Below, piece after piece: positions 27,466-40,138 of a stretch of 64,000 nucleotides of DNA. The translations under genes were made by a program, and so were the position numbers. The first letter of the stretch is position 1, and each line of letters opens with the position of its first letter. The DNA is taken from positions 124,001-188,000 of the forward strand of contig JAPDFW010000059.1 in the NCBI GenBank assembly GCA_028826165.1, in the 5' to 3' direction. The stretch is from Anaeramoeba ignava BMAN (lineage: Eukaryota; Protista; Anaeramoebae). Under the pieces are notes generated by a model. The model was not told where the DNA came from. It did not search any database and saw only the letters and a program-made list of their open reading frames with translations.

Positions 27466-27707
27466 AAAACAAAATAAAAAAGTGGAATGAAAAAAGAAAA
27501 AAATTTTTTATTAAAAAGAAAAAAACAAATTTGAATTTGATTTAAATTTTTTTTATTAAAAAAACAAATTTGAAATTGATTTAATTTTTGATTTTAATAA
27601 TTTCTCTTTCAAAAAAAAAAAAATCAAACATCAAAAAACAGAAGAAAAAAAAAAATATATCTATTATTTAGAAGAAGAAAAATTGAATGAAAAAAAAAAA
27701 AAAAAAA

Positions 27708-30700
27708 TCACCAAAAAGGACACCAACCAATATAACATTGACAAAGATTTTCATGAGAAGTTGCTTGTTGAATCAACAACTCAATCTGTTTTTGAGGGTC
27801 AAGTCGAGTATCTTTGCGAAAATCGCGACCGTTTAATTTATTAGAAATACGGTCAATAATATCAAGTGCTTTTTGATTAGGAGCTTCTGTTGTTGAAAGA
27901 TTAAAATTTGAGAAAGTTCGGTCAAAAGAACTTTTTTCTGATTCTGTGCGTATTGGTTTTTTAGTGTCTGTTCCAAATTTCAAGCTCTGCTCAAAAAGCC
28001 AAGAGAAAAGAGGGTCGTAAACAAAGGCTTCAAGCATTGCCATTAAGGAATCTTTATTTTTGCGCAGAATTGTCATCACGTGTTTGCAAGTTTCTTTGAA
28101 AGTTCCTTCGATTCCAGACATTTCCATTGCTTTGACAAGCATACGAGTTAAACGGAAGGGTATTTTTTCGGGATATTGCTGGCGAATCATTGCAACCTCG
28201 AAACAGTCTCCAAAATCAATATGTGTGATTTTTCCAGAAAATTTATTCATCATAATATTTGAAGGATGCCTGTCACCAAGTCCCAGAATATAACCGACCA
28301 TTGACATGACAGCTAGGGATCTTGTATAGTTGGTTCTTTTGTCGAGCCAAACTTCCGAGTTTTGGGATTTGAGCCAGAGAATGCGGTTGAGATCAAGACC
28401 GTCTGTGTTTTGTAGCGAGTGACCAAAAACTTCGATTTTTTGAATTAGAGCAAGTTTATCGTAATCGGGTGCCATTTGGGTCATAAGTTGATGCTCGAGA
28501 TTAAGAACGATATTGTGAGATTCGCGATAATCTCGGATCAAATCATGGAGAGTATCACAATGAGGAACCCAACCAATAAGACCTGTGTTTGGAGAAAGAG
28601 GAACAACAGCATAACGTTGAATTCCGAGATGCAAACGAGATGTTTGGAAAGAATTTGAGAGAAGAGCGTTGACAAGTCCGAAAAGTTGCATTACACGTTC
28701 ATCCTGACGAAGATCTTCATGTCCTTTCAATAAGAATTGATAACTTGAGCCATCGCTTCCGCGGATCTTCAATTTGCGTGGTCGTTGTTTTGTTTTGAGA
28801 ACAGATATTTTTTCCACAAAACTGTCAATTCTTACGATGTGAGAATTAATGTTATATGTGCCAGGAACTGCTAGTTCAAGATGCTTTGCCTCAAGAAGAC
28901 GCGGTGAAACTTGCTTCAGATCAAGAAGACGAATGGTTGGTATTTCACGAGCAAAACGTCGAAATGCTCGATAATAAGATTCCCATGCTCGATTAATGAG
29001 CACTTGGTTCTGTGTGCGGGCAAATTCTTCACAATTTTTCAATGCCAAGTCAAGCTCTGTTCGATAGAGTTGGAGAAATTTGTTTTCGTGTGCAGTTTCT
29101 CCTCCTTTTTTTAATTCATCGTGGAGTGGGCGTAAAATGGCCATCATTCCACGGAAATTCTTAGGCTCGCTGAAGTAAATTTTTGACGCATCGTCTAATG
29201 ATTCGTACCATTTTTCTTCCCATAAAATCGCAACACGAATAAGCTCGTTACTCACCAATTTCGCTTGTTCGGCTAAATTGGGAGAGTGTCTTTTAATTGA
29301 TTCCATTATTTTGCCAGCATCACTGAGATCTTCACGCACGTTGTGTGTGGATCTAAATGGGGATCGAACGTTTTTTTTGTGTTTTGTCTTGTGATTTTTT
29401 TTGGTTTGTTTTTTGGTTTTTGTGAATTTGGAGAAATTTTGGGGTTTTGATCTGACAAGTCCTCCCTGTTTTTGTATTTTTGGTGTGGAATGCTTTTTCT
29501 TCTTTTTCTTTTGATTTGTTGATTTTTTCATTTTATGGTAATGTTGTGACAATTTTAGTTGGTTTTTACTGCGAGGGATTTGCTGCCTGAAATTATCATC
29601 ATTTCTGTCGTTTTCATCGTTTTCATTCTCATATTCATCTTCGTCTTCGTCAGAATCCTCGAAATCAGTATCCTCTTGGTCGCTGTCGTTTTGGTCGACA
29701 CTTGAATTTTTCTCTTGCTCATTGCTGTCAAGATCGTTGCTTGTGTAGCTTTCATTTGTATTAGTGCTTTCATTATCGATGGAATAATCATTATCATTAT
29801 CATCATCATCATCATCGGAATCGAAATCGGAAAGATTTCTCGAATGGGAAGATTTGAGTAAACTATCTGTTGGCGATCTTGATTCTTGAGAAATATCAGA
29901 ATCATCTGAGTCGTCAGAATCAACGAGTTTATTATTGGGACTGAAACTAGAATCATGGCGAAGAGAACGATCAAGAGAGGGTTCAGAATCCTGAGAACGG
30001 ATGCCTTTATCGTAAGACAGACGTGCTTCATACTCCTGGAATTTTTCAGCGACAGTAAGTGAATAAACAAGAGCTTGGGGATGAGCTTTTCCGATCTGAA
30101 TAAGAAGGTTGTGTATGAGCTGTTTGATTGGGCGAGAAGTCGAGTTGATCCGCGCAATAAGTTGCGGGATGACTTGCAGCCAAATTGTGATTGAAACCAT
30201 ACTGAATCCGTTTTTGAGTGCGGATATTACTTTGGAATATGATCCATAACGGAACCAAAGTGTGAGTAATCGCAAAGTGTCTCGGATTGATTTGCTTGCT
30301 GAGCTCAGATGGATTGCGCGGAAAAATCCGGAGATTGCAGGGAGAAGATAGGTGTGGATATCTTGAGAGGAAAGAGTGCGTTTATCGGCTTCAAAACGAG
30401 AAACAATCTCGAAATTGAGAAGTGCCCAAGCATGCCAAGCTTTAGCCCAACTAGGATCAGAATTCATTGCTTTGCGGTAGACATCCAGAACATTCAACGC
30501 TGTTTCCTCATCAACACGACCGTCTTGTTGTGGGGTTTGAAGGGCAAGCTGCCATTTGCCGAGTTGGAGATACACTTTTGCGCTTAAATGGCGAAGATCG
30601 ACTTCTTGTTCTGATTCGTTATCTTGATTTGGATCGTGATCTTGTAAATGATCGTGATTGCGATCCTGATCTTTGTTGGTGTTTCTGCTGTTTTTGTGGT

Positions 30701-33700
30701 CGTTACTGCGCTCTCGGATTCTTTCCAGATTGTGTGTGCGCAGAGAGTCTTTAATTCTTGTTCTTCCGTGAGAAAATTGGATATTTGAGTCGCTTGTCAA
30801 TGCGGATAAATGCTGGACAAAATGCTTTAATCCTTCAAAAGCGTCTTTGGGATGTCCAAGATCCCACAAATGGTGGAGATACTGGAACCCAGCCTTTGGA
30901 TTCTCTGCGAAAAGTTCGCTTATTTGGGTCTGCATTCGAACACCACTTATTGGCAGTTGCGGTGGCGTTGACAGGTTGGAGATATTCTGTGAGAAAAACG
31001 AAAATGTGTTTGTTTCTGAATCTCTTTTTTGGAATGAAGGACTGATTTTGGCGTTGATGTCGAAGTTATTTGACTGGCGAATAACGTGATCTGAATCAAG
31101 AGTGATTTCAAAGCGGTCAATGTCAGAAGTGAGGGGATTTTTTTGGGAGTCAATGTCATTGGGATCCAATGCTTCTCGGGACATTCTGAGTGTAGCACGA
31201 ATGGTTTTCTCTGCAAGTTTCTTTCTGGAATTGCGCTCAGAAATGCGAGCGAATTTGAACCAAGAAAGAACATCATCGCGCTTGTCAATGACAATTGAGC
31301 GAATAGCGAGAATACGGAGCCAGGAGTCTACGCTGCGCTCACAACCTTTGAGTCTGCGTCTCCACACGCCTCGTATAAATGCGCGATGGGAGGGATGCGG
31401 ATCTGATTGCATGTATTCTATGACTTCCTCAAGCTCTGCAAGTTGCTGTGCGCGGATGATATCAGAATAAGCGCGCGAATAAGACTCTCCAACAAGTGCA
31501 GAAATGGAGTCGATGATCATTTCGCGAGCAATGTCGATATGTTTTCTGGCAGACTCGAATTCCTGAAACTTGACATCGACAACAGCACGAAGAAAAGCGC
31601 CTTGAGCAGATCTTTCCGGCAATGAGTTCGAGCATTTCTTCATAAGCGCCCAGTTATTTGTCATCCAAGAAGCGTCTGCAACAAGAGTGGTAAAAGTGTA
31701 TGACATTTGCGCTTCGGGAAAATTTCCGGCTTCATGACTAATTTGGATCAGTTTCTCCCATTCGCCCAAAGAATAAAGACATCTCATCCGGCCGATCATG
31801 AGATCCAAAGAAAGTGGATCTGCCAGTTGTTTTCTTTCATAAGCAGAAAGAGCTTCTTCGATCTGATTCATTTCTTCAAACCAACTTTCCTTGGGTTCGA
31901 TCGAGTGAGCTTGTTTTGCATACTCGATGATGCCGATCGCAGTCTCTGGCATCTGGAGCTTATTGGACAAGGAAATGATGGCTTCGATCGCGCTTGTTGT
32001 GTTTTCGCCTAGTTCAAGTTCGCGGTATCGCAGAGCTTTTGCAAATGCATGGCAATTCTCTGCGATAGACGCAAGAACAGACACAGAAAGCGGCAAGGGT
32101 TGTTGCACATGCTCCATGAATTCGGCAAGATTAAGTAAGGTTTGTAGAATGTCTTGTGGGATCGTGTGTGAGCGAAATGCGCATTCGAATTGTTCTGCGA
32201 GATCGTCTTTGTGATGATCAAGCAGATCCATCCAACAGCTTAAAAAAGCTGCATTGAAAAGTGCTCGTGCTGGTGCGTGATAAGACTGCACTAGATCAGA
32301 GCATGATCTTATTGCTGGCGATGGGCTTTCCCGCACAAGCTCTCCAGAAAATCGTCGCATCCACTCTTCCCAGTCTTCTTTCGTAAAACTGTTTTGTGCC
32401 TGCCATGAATGCTTTAAATTCCCCGCATTCAATGGAATCTTCCGGAATGCCAATGCCCCAAACCCCATTCTTTCTTCTCTTGTGTTTGTCCGGTTGTTTT
32501 TTTGTGTCAATGTCATTTCGTTGTTTTTGTTTGCTGAAACGCTTTTCTCAGCAATCCTCATGTATTCTTCTTTCGAAATGCCGGAAAACATGAAAATCCG
32601 CTCAATCCCCGGCAAAAACACACGGAATAACGGTCCAAGTGTGCCGGAAAAAATATTCAATCCTTCAATAACATATTTCCGGACTTCCTCGCCGGAATTT
32701 GGAATTAGGGACAAAAAAATTCGTACAATGCGACTGCTGAAATCCGCAAAGCCTTGTCTGTCGGAAAGCGCGCTTATTGCATTCACGGCTGCAACGCAAA
32801 GACTGGGATCGTTTCTTTTTTTCTCTGCAATCTCAAGAACAACAGGAACAACCAGCTGCAGATAGTCTCCCAATCGCGGAGCAAGGATCTCAACGCATTG
32901 CAATGTCCTGAGAACATGGTCTCGATGCTCACTTCTATCATCGCGAAGAACGCCGATAAGAAGGGGAACTAAGACCGGAAGGAAAGTCGTGACTTCATCT
33001 GGGAACACTTGCACTAATTTCTCGATAAGTTCGAGAATCTGAGCAAGATATGCTGTCTGCCAGTTACCGAAAATAAACTTCACAATCTCCTCCAAATGAG
33101 GGCTGATATGCTGGCGTAAATGGAGGACAAGTTGTGTAAATTGCTGGAAAAGAAACTCTTTTGAAATCGAATCACTTTTCTGGACAGCCTCGAAAAAAGG
33201 AGCGAGAATTTGTCTTAAAAAGGGGATCGATCCTTCACCAAGATAGTTGATAATCCGCAATAATGATTGAGCGGCAACTTCGTGGTGGTTTCCGAGAGAG
33301 GAATCCGAAATGATCTTCATCAACGCAGAAATTGAGACTTTTGCGTAGAATTCATCAAGATTATTATTTGCAATATCTGCGAAATAGCGTGTCATTTCGT
33401 TTGTATCTTGGAAATCAGCATCCTCGCCTGTTTGTTTAGGTGCTTTTTCCTCATTGACATCCCCGCTGATTGTTGCCACTTGAATAATCGCGTTTACTGA
33501 GTTGTCATTCCAAGTATTGGTGCTTGTCTGTATAGTCTGCATATTTGTGTTTATTTTGGAATCGTTTGGCTTGCTAATTCCCTCAAATCCAATTTCGCCT
33601 GTTGTTTTTCGGGACATGGATGTTGTTGTGTTTGTGTTTGTTATTCCCGATTGCATTTGCATTGTCTGTTCTTTGTTATCCATTCCTGGCATATTCATCA

Positions 33701-36700
33701 TCTCAGCTTTTTCCATATTTGTTCCTGTAAATTGCAGATTTGTTTGATTCATTTTGAATTTATATGGATCAAGTGCTCCGATCATTCCTATTACTTTAAT
33801 GGCCTCTCTTCTTATTCCCAAATGATTTTCTGTTTTGATTGTTTTAAGGAGCATTGGGAGAAATCTAGGGAACTTTTTATAAGGATCAATTACACTGCCT
33901 GTACTTTGAATTAATTGAGCCAAAGTTTGGAGGGTGATCTTTAAGAAAGAAATCAATTCAAAATATTTAAAAAATCAATTCAAAATATTTAAAAAATTAA
34001 TTCAAAATATTTAAAAAATTTGAAAAATTCTTACATATCTTGTTTGCACTCCTTGTTTTTGGAAAGTCTCAATAATTAACGGAAGAAGTTCATCCACATA
34101 TTTTTTCATTTGTTCTCCTCCAATAACAACAATTGAACCGATCGCAGAAAGCAAATGCTCAATAATCAAAGAATTAACAGATTTTGAATTTTCATGTAAT
34201 TTGGGGATAAAAACCTGCAAAATGGCATCGCAATAAGGATAAATCAATTTCTTGGAAATTTTAGCAATTTCAACAATCAAATGAATACTTCTTTCTTTGA
34301 CAGCAAATTCTTGAGAATACTCAAACTCTGTGAGTAGAGAAATTAATGTTGTTCTTAAAGTGGGAATAACTTCTGCTGGATTATGCTCTGCTAACTGACT
34401 CAAAGTCACAATTACAAGTTTTCTGATTTGGAACACTTCGTCATATAACGCCAGCATTAAATATTGCACATTTTCTGATTGCGCAAGGTGTGTTCTGAGT
34501 TTTGTTGCTAATTTTGATAATATTTTTTGTCGAATATATCCTTCTAAAAAAAAAATTTTCAAGTCAAAATTTAAAGATAAAGAAATTTGTTTCGATAAGG
34601 ATTTTTTACCTGAATCTGTTATTCCAAGTGAAAGTAACTTATTGAAAATGAAATGGATCTCCTTTTCACCAGAAATTTGATTTTCACAAATCAAATCAAT
34701 GCAAGTTTTGGCAGATTTCAATCTAAGTTTGGGATTTTCATCTTGAAAAAAACTAACAATTCCTCTATAAATAAATTTAGGGCGAAGTAATTCTCCAAAA
34801 CGGAATTTTCGGAAAGTTTTAAAAGCAAGAAGAATTTGTTCCATTTTTGATTGTGGATTTGTTTGGTAAGCATCTTGCTGCTTAAAATCATTACTCAATC
34901 CAATTTTCAATTTTTCAATATAAAGGAAACTAGGCATTTTATAAGGTTTGCTTGTCAAAATAAACGAAAGTAGATTTAATAATTTGAATTTGATTTCCAT
35001 TTCGATATCGGGAATGGAACTTGTTAATTCGAAAAGGGAATTAATTTTGGTTTGATTTAAAGGACTTTCAATCATTGTGTCTAAAAATTTTTTCCAAATT
35101 AAATTCTGAATAATAAAAAAATTTATTTGATTTAATTACCAATTATTTTGAAGGAATTTAAGTAACCACGAATATCAGAAAATTTCGCTACCTTTGATAA
35201 GCAACTCATTGATAATTCGCAATAAGTTTTCTTTTTATTTGGAGCCATTGATAATTGTATTCTTTTCATAATTTCTGGGATATGTTTTTCAATATTTGAT
35301 TGAAAAATCTATTTTTTCATTTAATTTTCAAAATGAATTTTGATTTTAATTTTGAAATAAATTTTAAATTGAATTTTGATTTAAATTTTAAATTGAATTT
35401 TAAATTGAATTTTGATTTTAATTTTGAAATAAATTTTGAATTGAATTTTGATTTTAATTTTGAATTAAATTTTGAAATGAATTTTGAAATAATTTTGAAA
35501 TAAATTTTGAAATAAATTTTGAATTTAATTTCATTTTAATTTTGAAATAAATTTTGAAATAAATTTTGAAATAAATTTTAAAATAAATTTTAAATTGAAT
35601 TTTGAATTAAATTTTGAAATAAATTTTAAAATAAAATTTGAAATAAATTTTGAAATAAATTTTGAAATAAATTTTGAAATAAATTTTGAAATGAATTTTG
35701 ATTTAAATTTTGAATTGAATTTTGAAATAAATTTTGAAATAAATTTTGAAATGAATTTTGATTTTAATTTCATTTTAATTTTGAAATGAATTTTGAAATA
35801 AATTTTGAAATAAATTTTGATTTTAGTTTTAATTTTAATTTTGATTTTAATTTTGATTTCATTTTTAAAAGTACAAGTGCAAGTTCTCCAATAGTTTCAA
35901 ATATTTTATTTTTGAGAACTGAATCTCTTTTATAAACAGTATATAAATAAGTCATAATACTATCTAGATATCTTTCTTGAAAAAAATGAGGAGAAAAACG
36001 AGCAAGTTGAGGAATTAGATCTACAATTGTTTCTCGAATAATTTTTGCTTTTGAGGTTTTAAATCGGAAAATAATTGTACAAATTTCTTCTAAGTGACTT
36101 TCCATAAATCTATCAGAACAAGTGAGCAATTCCCCTTTTAATTTTAAAATAAATTTTGAATTAAATTTTAAATTGAATTTTGAAATAAATTTTGAAATAA
36201 ATTTTGAAATAAATTTTAAATTAAATTTTAAATTGAATTTTTTTGAATTTTGAAATAAATTTTAAGTAAATTTTGAGTAAATTTTAAATTGAATTTTGAA
36301 ATAAATTTTGAAATAATTTTGAAATAAATTTTAAAATGAATTTTGAAATAAATTTTGAAATAAATTTTGAATTGAATTTTGAAATAAATTTTAAATTAAA
36401 TTTTGAAATAAATTTTGAAATAAATTTTTAATTAAATTTTGAAGTAAATTTTTTTGAATTTTGAAATAAGTTTTAAAATAAATTTTAAATTAAATTTTAA
36501 AATAAATTTTGAAATAAATTTTGAAGTAAATTTTAAATAAATTTTGAAATAAATTTTAAAATAAATTTTAAATTAATTTTGAAATAAATTTTAAATAAAT
36601 TTCGAAATAAATTTTGAAATAAATTTTGAATTAAATTTTAAATTGAATTTTGAAATAAATTTTGAAATAATTTTGAAATAAATTTTAAAATAAATTTTGA

Positions 36701-38136
36701 ATTAAATTTTGAAATAAATTTTGAAATAAATTTTAAAATAAGTTTTAAGTAAATTTTGAATTAAATTTTAAAATAAATTTTGAAATAAATTTTGAAATAA
36801 ATTTTAAATTGAATTTTGAAATAAATTTTGAAATAAATTTTGAAATGAATTTTGAAATAAATTTTGAATTAAATTTTAAATTGAATTTTGAAATAAATTT
36901 TGAAATAAATTTTGAATTAAATTTTGAATTAAATTTTGAAATAAATTTTAAAATAAAATTTGAAATAAATTTTTAAATAAATTTTGAATTAAATTCTGGA
37001 TTAAATTTTGATTAAATTTTAAAATAAATTTTAAATTAATTTTGAAATAAATTTTAAATAAATTTCGAAATAAATTTTGAAATAAATTTTGAATTAAATT
37101 TTAAATTGAATTTTGAAATAAATTTTAAAATGAATTTTGAAATGAATTTTGAAATAAATTTTAAATTAAATTTTGAAATAAATTTTGAAATAAATTTTGA
37201 AATAAATTTTTAATTAAATTTTGAAGTAAATTTCGAAATAAATTTTGAAATAAATTTTGAAATAAATTTTTTTGAATTTTGAATTGAATTTACTGATAAC
37301 AAGAAGTGATCCATGAACATATTCAATAATATTTTGACGAAAACTCTATAAAAAGGAAAAAAAAATAAAAACAAAATAATCAAAAATCGGAAAAAAAAAT
37401 TAATTAAATAAAAATAAAAATAAAAATAAAAATAAAATAAAAAACCTTTAAAGCTTCTTGATATAAACTATTATAAATCTCAGAAAGACCAGCCATATTT
37501 CGCAATTTTAAGACTTCAAAACATGGATGTAAAGAATTTACAGCTAAAGTACGAATAGTTTCTGAAGGATCTCTTAAAGCAACCCAAATCAAATCCAAAA
37601 AATGTCGAATATGAACAAAAACTAAAGTTGAAACAATCTCTGAAAATTTCGTAAAAAGCAAAATAGCAGTGTATCTTCTCGCTTCATTTCGATCACCTTC
37701 AAGCCATTCAGAATATTTTCTTAATTTCAGACTCAACAAATTTACTTGACAACGCACCACCAGATTTAATCAATTTCGCAAGAACTTGAGTTGTTTTTTC
37801 AATTAAATTTAAGTCGTTATTTTGTCGATTAAGAACATTTTTTAACAGATTAAAAAACAAAACAAGATTGTTTGAAGTTGTTGATTCATCATTGATTTCC
37901 ATAATTTCCTCCATTAAAACAACTGCAATTAACTGGTCATTTGCTTCCGTTGATTTTGTAAATTGTGACACTTTCTTGTTTAAATTACTCATTAATATCC
38001 TTGATTCTGCTCGATTAAGTTGAGAGATTTGCTCTTCTAAATGTGAACGTAATTTTGTTAAGGATTCTTTCTGTTTGTTTCCGTTGGCAGTTCTTATATC
38101 CTCAATGAATCGTAAAATTTCTTCATTTGAATCCAT
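27708..38136 (-). CDS. TOR: Target of rapamycin kinase (HEAT-FAT-FRB-PIKK-FATC; ~2793 aa, 6 introns, one apparent +1 frameshift near 37710)
   Basis: FRB ELIRVAILWEEKW...ASKIYF; kinase LLKGHEDLRQDERVMQLF, GLGDRHPSN, HIDFGDCFE; FATC ENLCQCYIGWCPFW. Introns 37346-37445, 36135-37293, 35309-35874, 35081-35139, 34544-34609, 33939-34034. Exon lengths sum to a multiple of 3 after removing one base. Confidence 0.97.
35330..35865. repeat. 12-bp (TTTTGAAATAAA)n-type repeat filling TOR intron 3
   Basis: Directly visible. Confidence 0.88.
36140..37290. repeat. 12-bp (TTTTGAAATAAA)n repeat filling the 1159-nt TOR intron 2
   Basis: Directly visible. Confidence 0.9.
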
Positions 38137-38247
38137 TTTTTGTTTTTGAATTGAGAAAAAAAAAATAAAAAAAATAAAGAAAAAAAAAATAAAAAAAATA
38201 AAAAAATGAAATTATTTTTTTTTTTCATTTTTCTTTCTTTTTAAAAT
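38137..38247. promoter_or_regulatory. 111-bp bidirectional promoter (TOR / RCC1-BTB) with Inr-like TCATTTT on each strand
   Basis: Divergent ATGs at 38136 and 38248; TCATTTTT on + at ~38225 and on - at ~38202-38209. Confidence 0.5.
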
Positions 38248-40027
38248 ATGAATGAAATTATATTTTTTGGTTGGAATCAATATTCATATCTTTTGCAAAA
38301 TAAAAATTCAATAATAATAAAACCAATTCCATTCAAATTTGAAAATGAAATTAGACAAATTAAACAAATTTCAACATCAAATTTTTCAATAATTTTCCTT
38401 TTTGAAAATGGAAAAGCAATAGAATATTTTTCAAGCTCAATTATAAAAAGAAAAATCAAAATCAAAAATATTCAAAAAATATTTTCCAGTGAGTTAAATG
38501 ATTCTATTTTAACATTAGAAGGAAATGCTTTTATAAAAATTAATGATATAGATTTCTCTAATCCAAAAGAATTTATCAATATTTCATCATTAATTGAAGA
38601 TACAAATGATAGAACAATTCAAGATATTGTTTCTGGAGAAGGTTCAGTTTATTTATTAACTTCAAATCAAAATGCTTATGGGATTGGTTCAAATCATAAT
38701 GGTCAACTTGGTTTTGATTTCCAAAAATTTCCAAAAACAGAAAAACCAATTTTAATGATGAAAAATGTTTGTAAAATATTTTCAGGAAATACTTCACTTC
38801 ATGTTTTTCTTTTAAATTCAAATCAAGAATTATTTGGATGTGGGAATAATTTTTATGGTCAACTTGGATTAGGAAATGATGGATATTTCATATCTGATTT
38901 CATTAAAATAAAAAATATTCCAAAAGGCAAAATAATTGATATTAAATGTGCAAAATATATTTCCTTAATGTTGATTGAAAATGAAAATCAAAAAAGAAAA
39001 CTTTATTCATGTGGTTTTTATGGAAGTAATGGATTTAGCAAATCAAGAAACGTGAAAAAATTTACTGAAATCAAATCATCTTTATTTGAAAATAATGATA
39101 ATATTCTTGATTTTTCTGTTGGAATTCACCATACTTTGATTTTAACAACTAAAGGGAAACTAATTGGTTTTGGAAAAAATGCTTATGGTGAATTAGGAAC
39201 TGGAGATACCGAATATCAAAAAATTCCAATTCAAATTAAACTTCCTAAATTATTACTTAATGAAGATATTTCTAATTATCATCTTTCTTGTGGATATTTC
39301 ACATCATTTCTTTATTATTCTCCTTCTTTTTCCAATCTTGAAGAAGATTTGATAAAATTATTTAGAAGAAAAGAATTTTGTGATATTTCATTTAAAACCA
39401 AAAATGGAGAAATAATTGAAGCTCATAAATTAATATTGAAATATAGATTAAAAGATGAAATTGAAAAACTTCAAGAAATTATTTCAAAAAAATCAATTAA
39501 AGAATCAAATCAAATATTTGAAATGATTTATTCAAATAGAATAATAAATCCAAAATTATATTCTGAAATTAAAGAAATTATAAATTTAAATGAAAAAATT
39601 GAAGAAACAATGAAAAGAATTTATTTAAATGAAAATGAAAATGAAAAAGATTTTATAATTGAAAGAAAAGAAAAACAATATAAATTTCCAAAATTAATAT
39701 TAATAATGAGAAGTGAATTATATCGAGGAATGTTTTTATCTGTAACTGAAGATAAATCAAATAAAGTTACAGATTATAGTGAATTAAGTAATAAATCATT
39801 TCAAATATTTGAATATTGGATTTATTCAAATCAAAATTAAAGAAGAAATTGAAATTACAAAAGAAATAATTGATGAAATTCAAATTGGAATTGATTATTT
39901 TCAATTAAATCAAACAAATCCAAATTTATTTGATTTATTAATTAATAAATTTAATAATCAAAATCAAAATCAAAATCAAAATCAAAATCAAATTAAAGAA
40001 GAAAAAAAAAATTGTTTAATTTTTTAA
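38248..40027 (+). CDS. RCC1-repeat + tandem BTB protein with C-terminal CaaX (~592 aa; +1 frameshift near 39833)
   Basis: RCC1 motifs GIGSNHNGQLG, GCGNNFYGQLGLG, GFGKNAYGELGTG; BTB motifs FCDISF...AHKLILKYR and KDFII...KLILIMRSELYRGMF; continuation ORF 39809-40027 ends KKNCLIF*. Confidence 0.9.
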
Positions 40028-40138
40028 AAATTAAAAATAAAAAATTTTTTTTCTTTCAATTTTTTAATTTTTTAAAAATTAAAAATAATAAATTTTTTTT
40101 TCTTTCATTTTTCTTTCATTTTTCTTTCATTTTTAAAA

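Noticed and set aside
29330-31180. Inteins in the TOR insertions (and in the VPS41 insertion at ~63540-63720)
   Set aside because: No N-terminal C/S plus C-terminal HN-(C/S/T) junctions and no Hint or LAGLIDADG blocks; the inserts are low-complexity.
28060-33914. Many 60-200-aa ORFs antisense or out of frame within TOR (and within VPS41)
   Set aside because: Expected shadow ORFs in the GC-richer exon cores; no recognisable motifs.
35300-35789. Short ORFs of FISK/NFEI repeats (also 6844-7197, 22314-22538, 22899-23184, and the repeat part of 384-602)
   Set aside because: Stop-free by-products of 12-bp or 6-bp repeats in introns or antisense to coding repeats.
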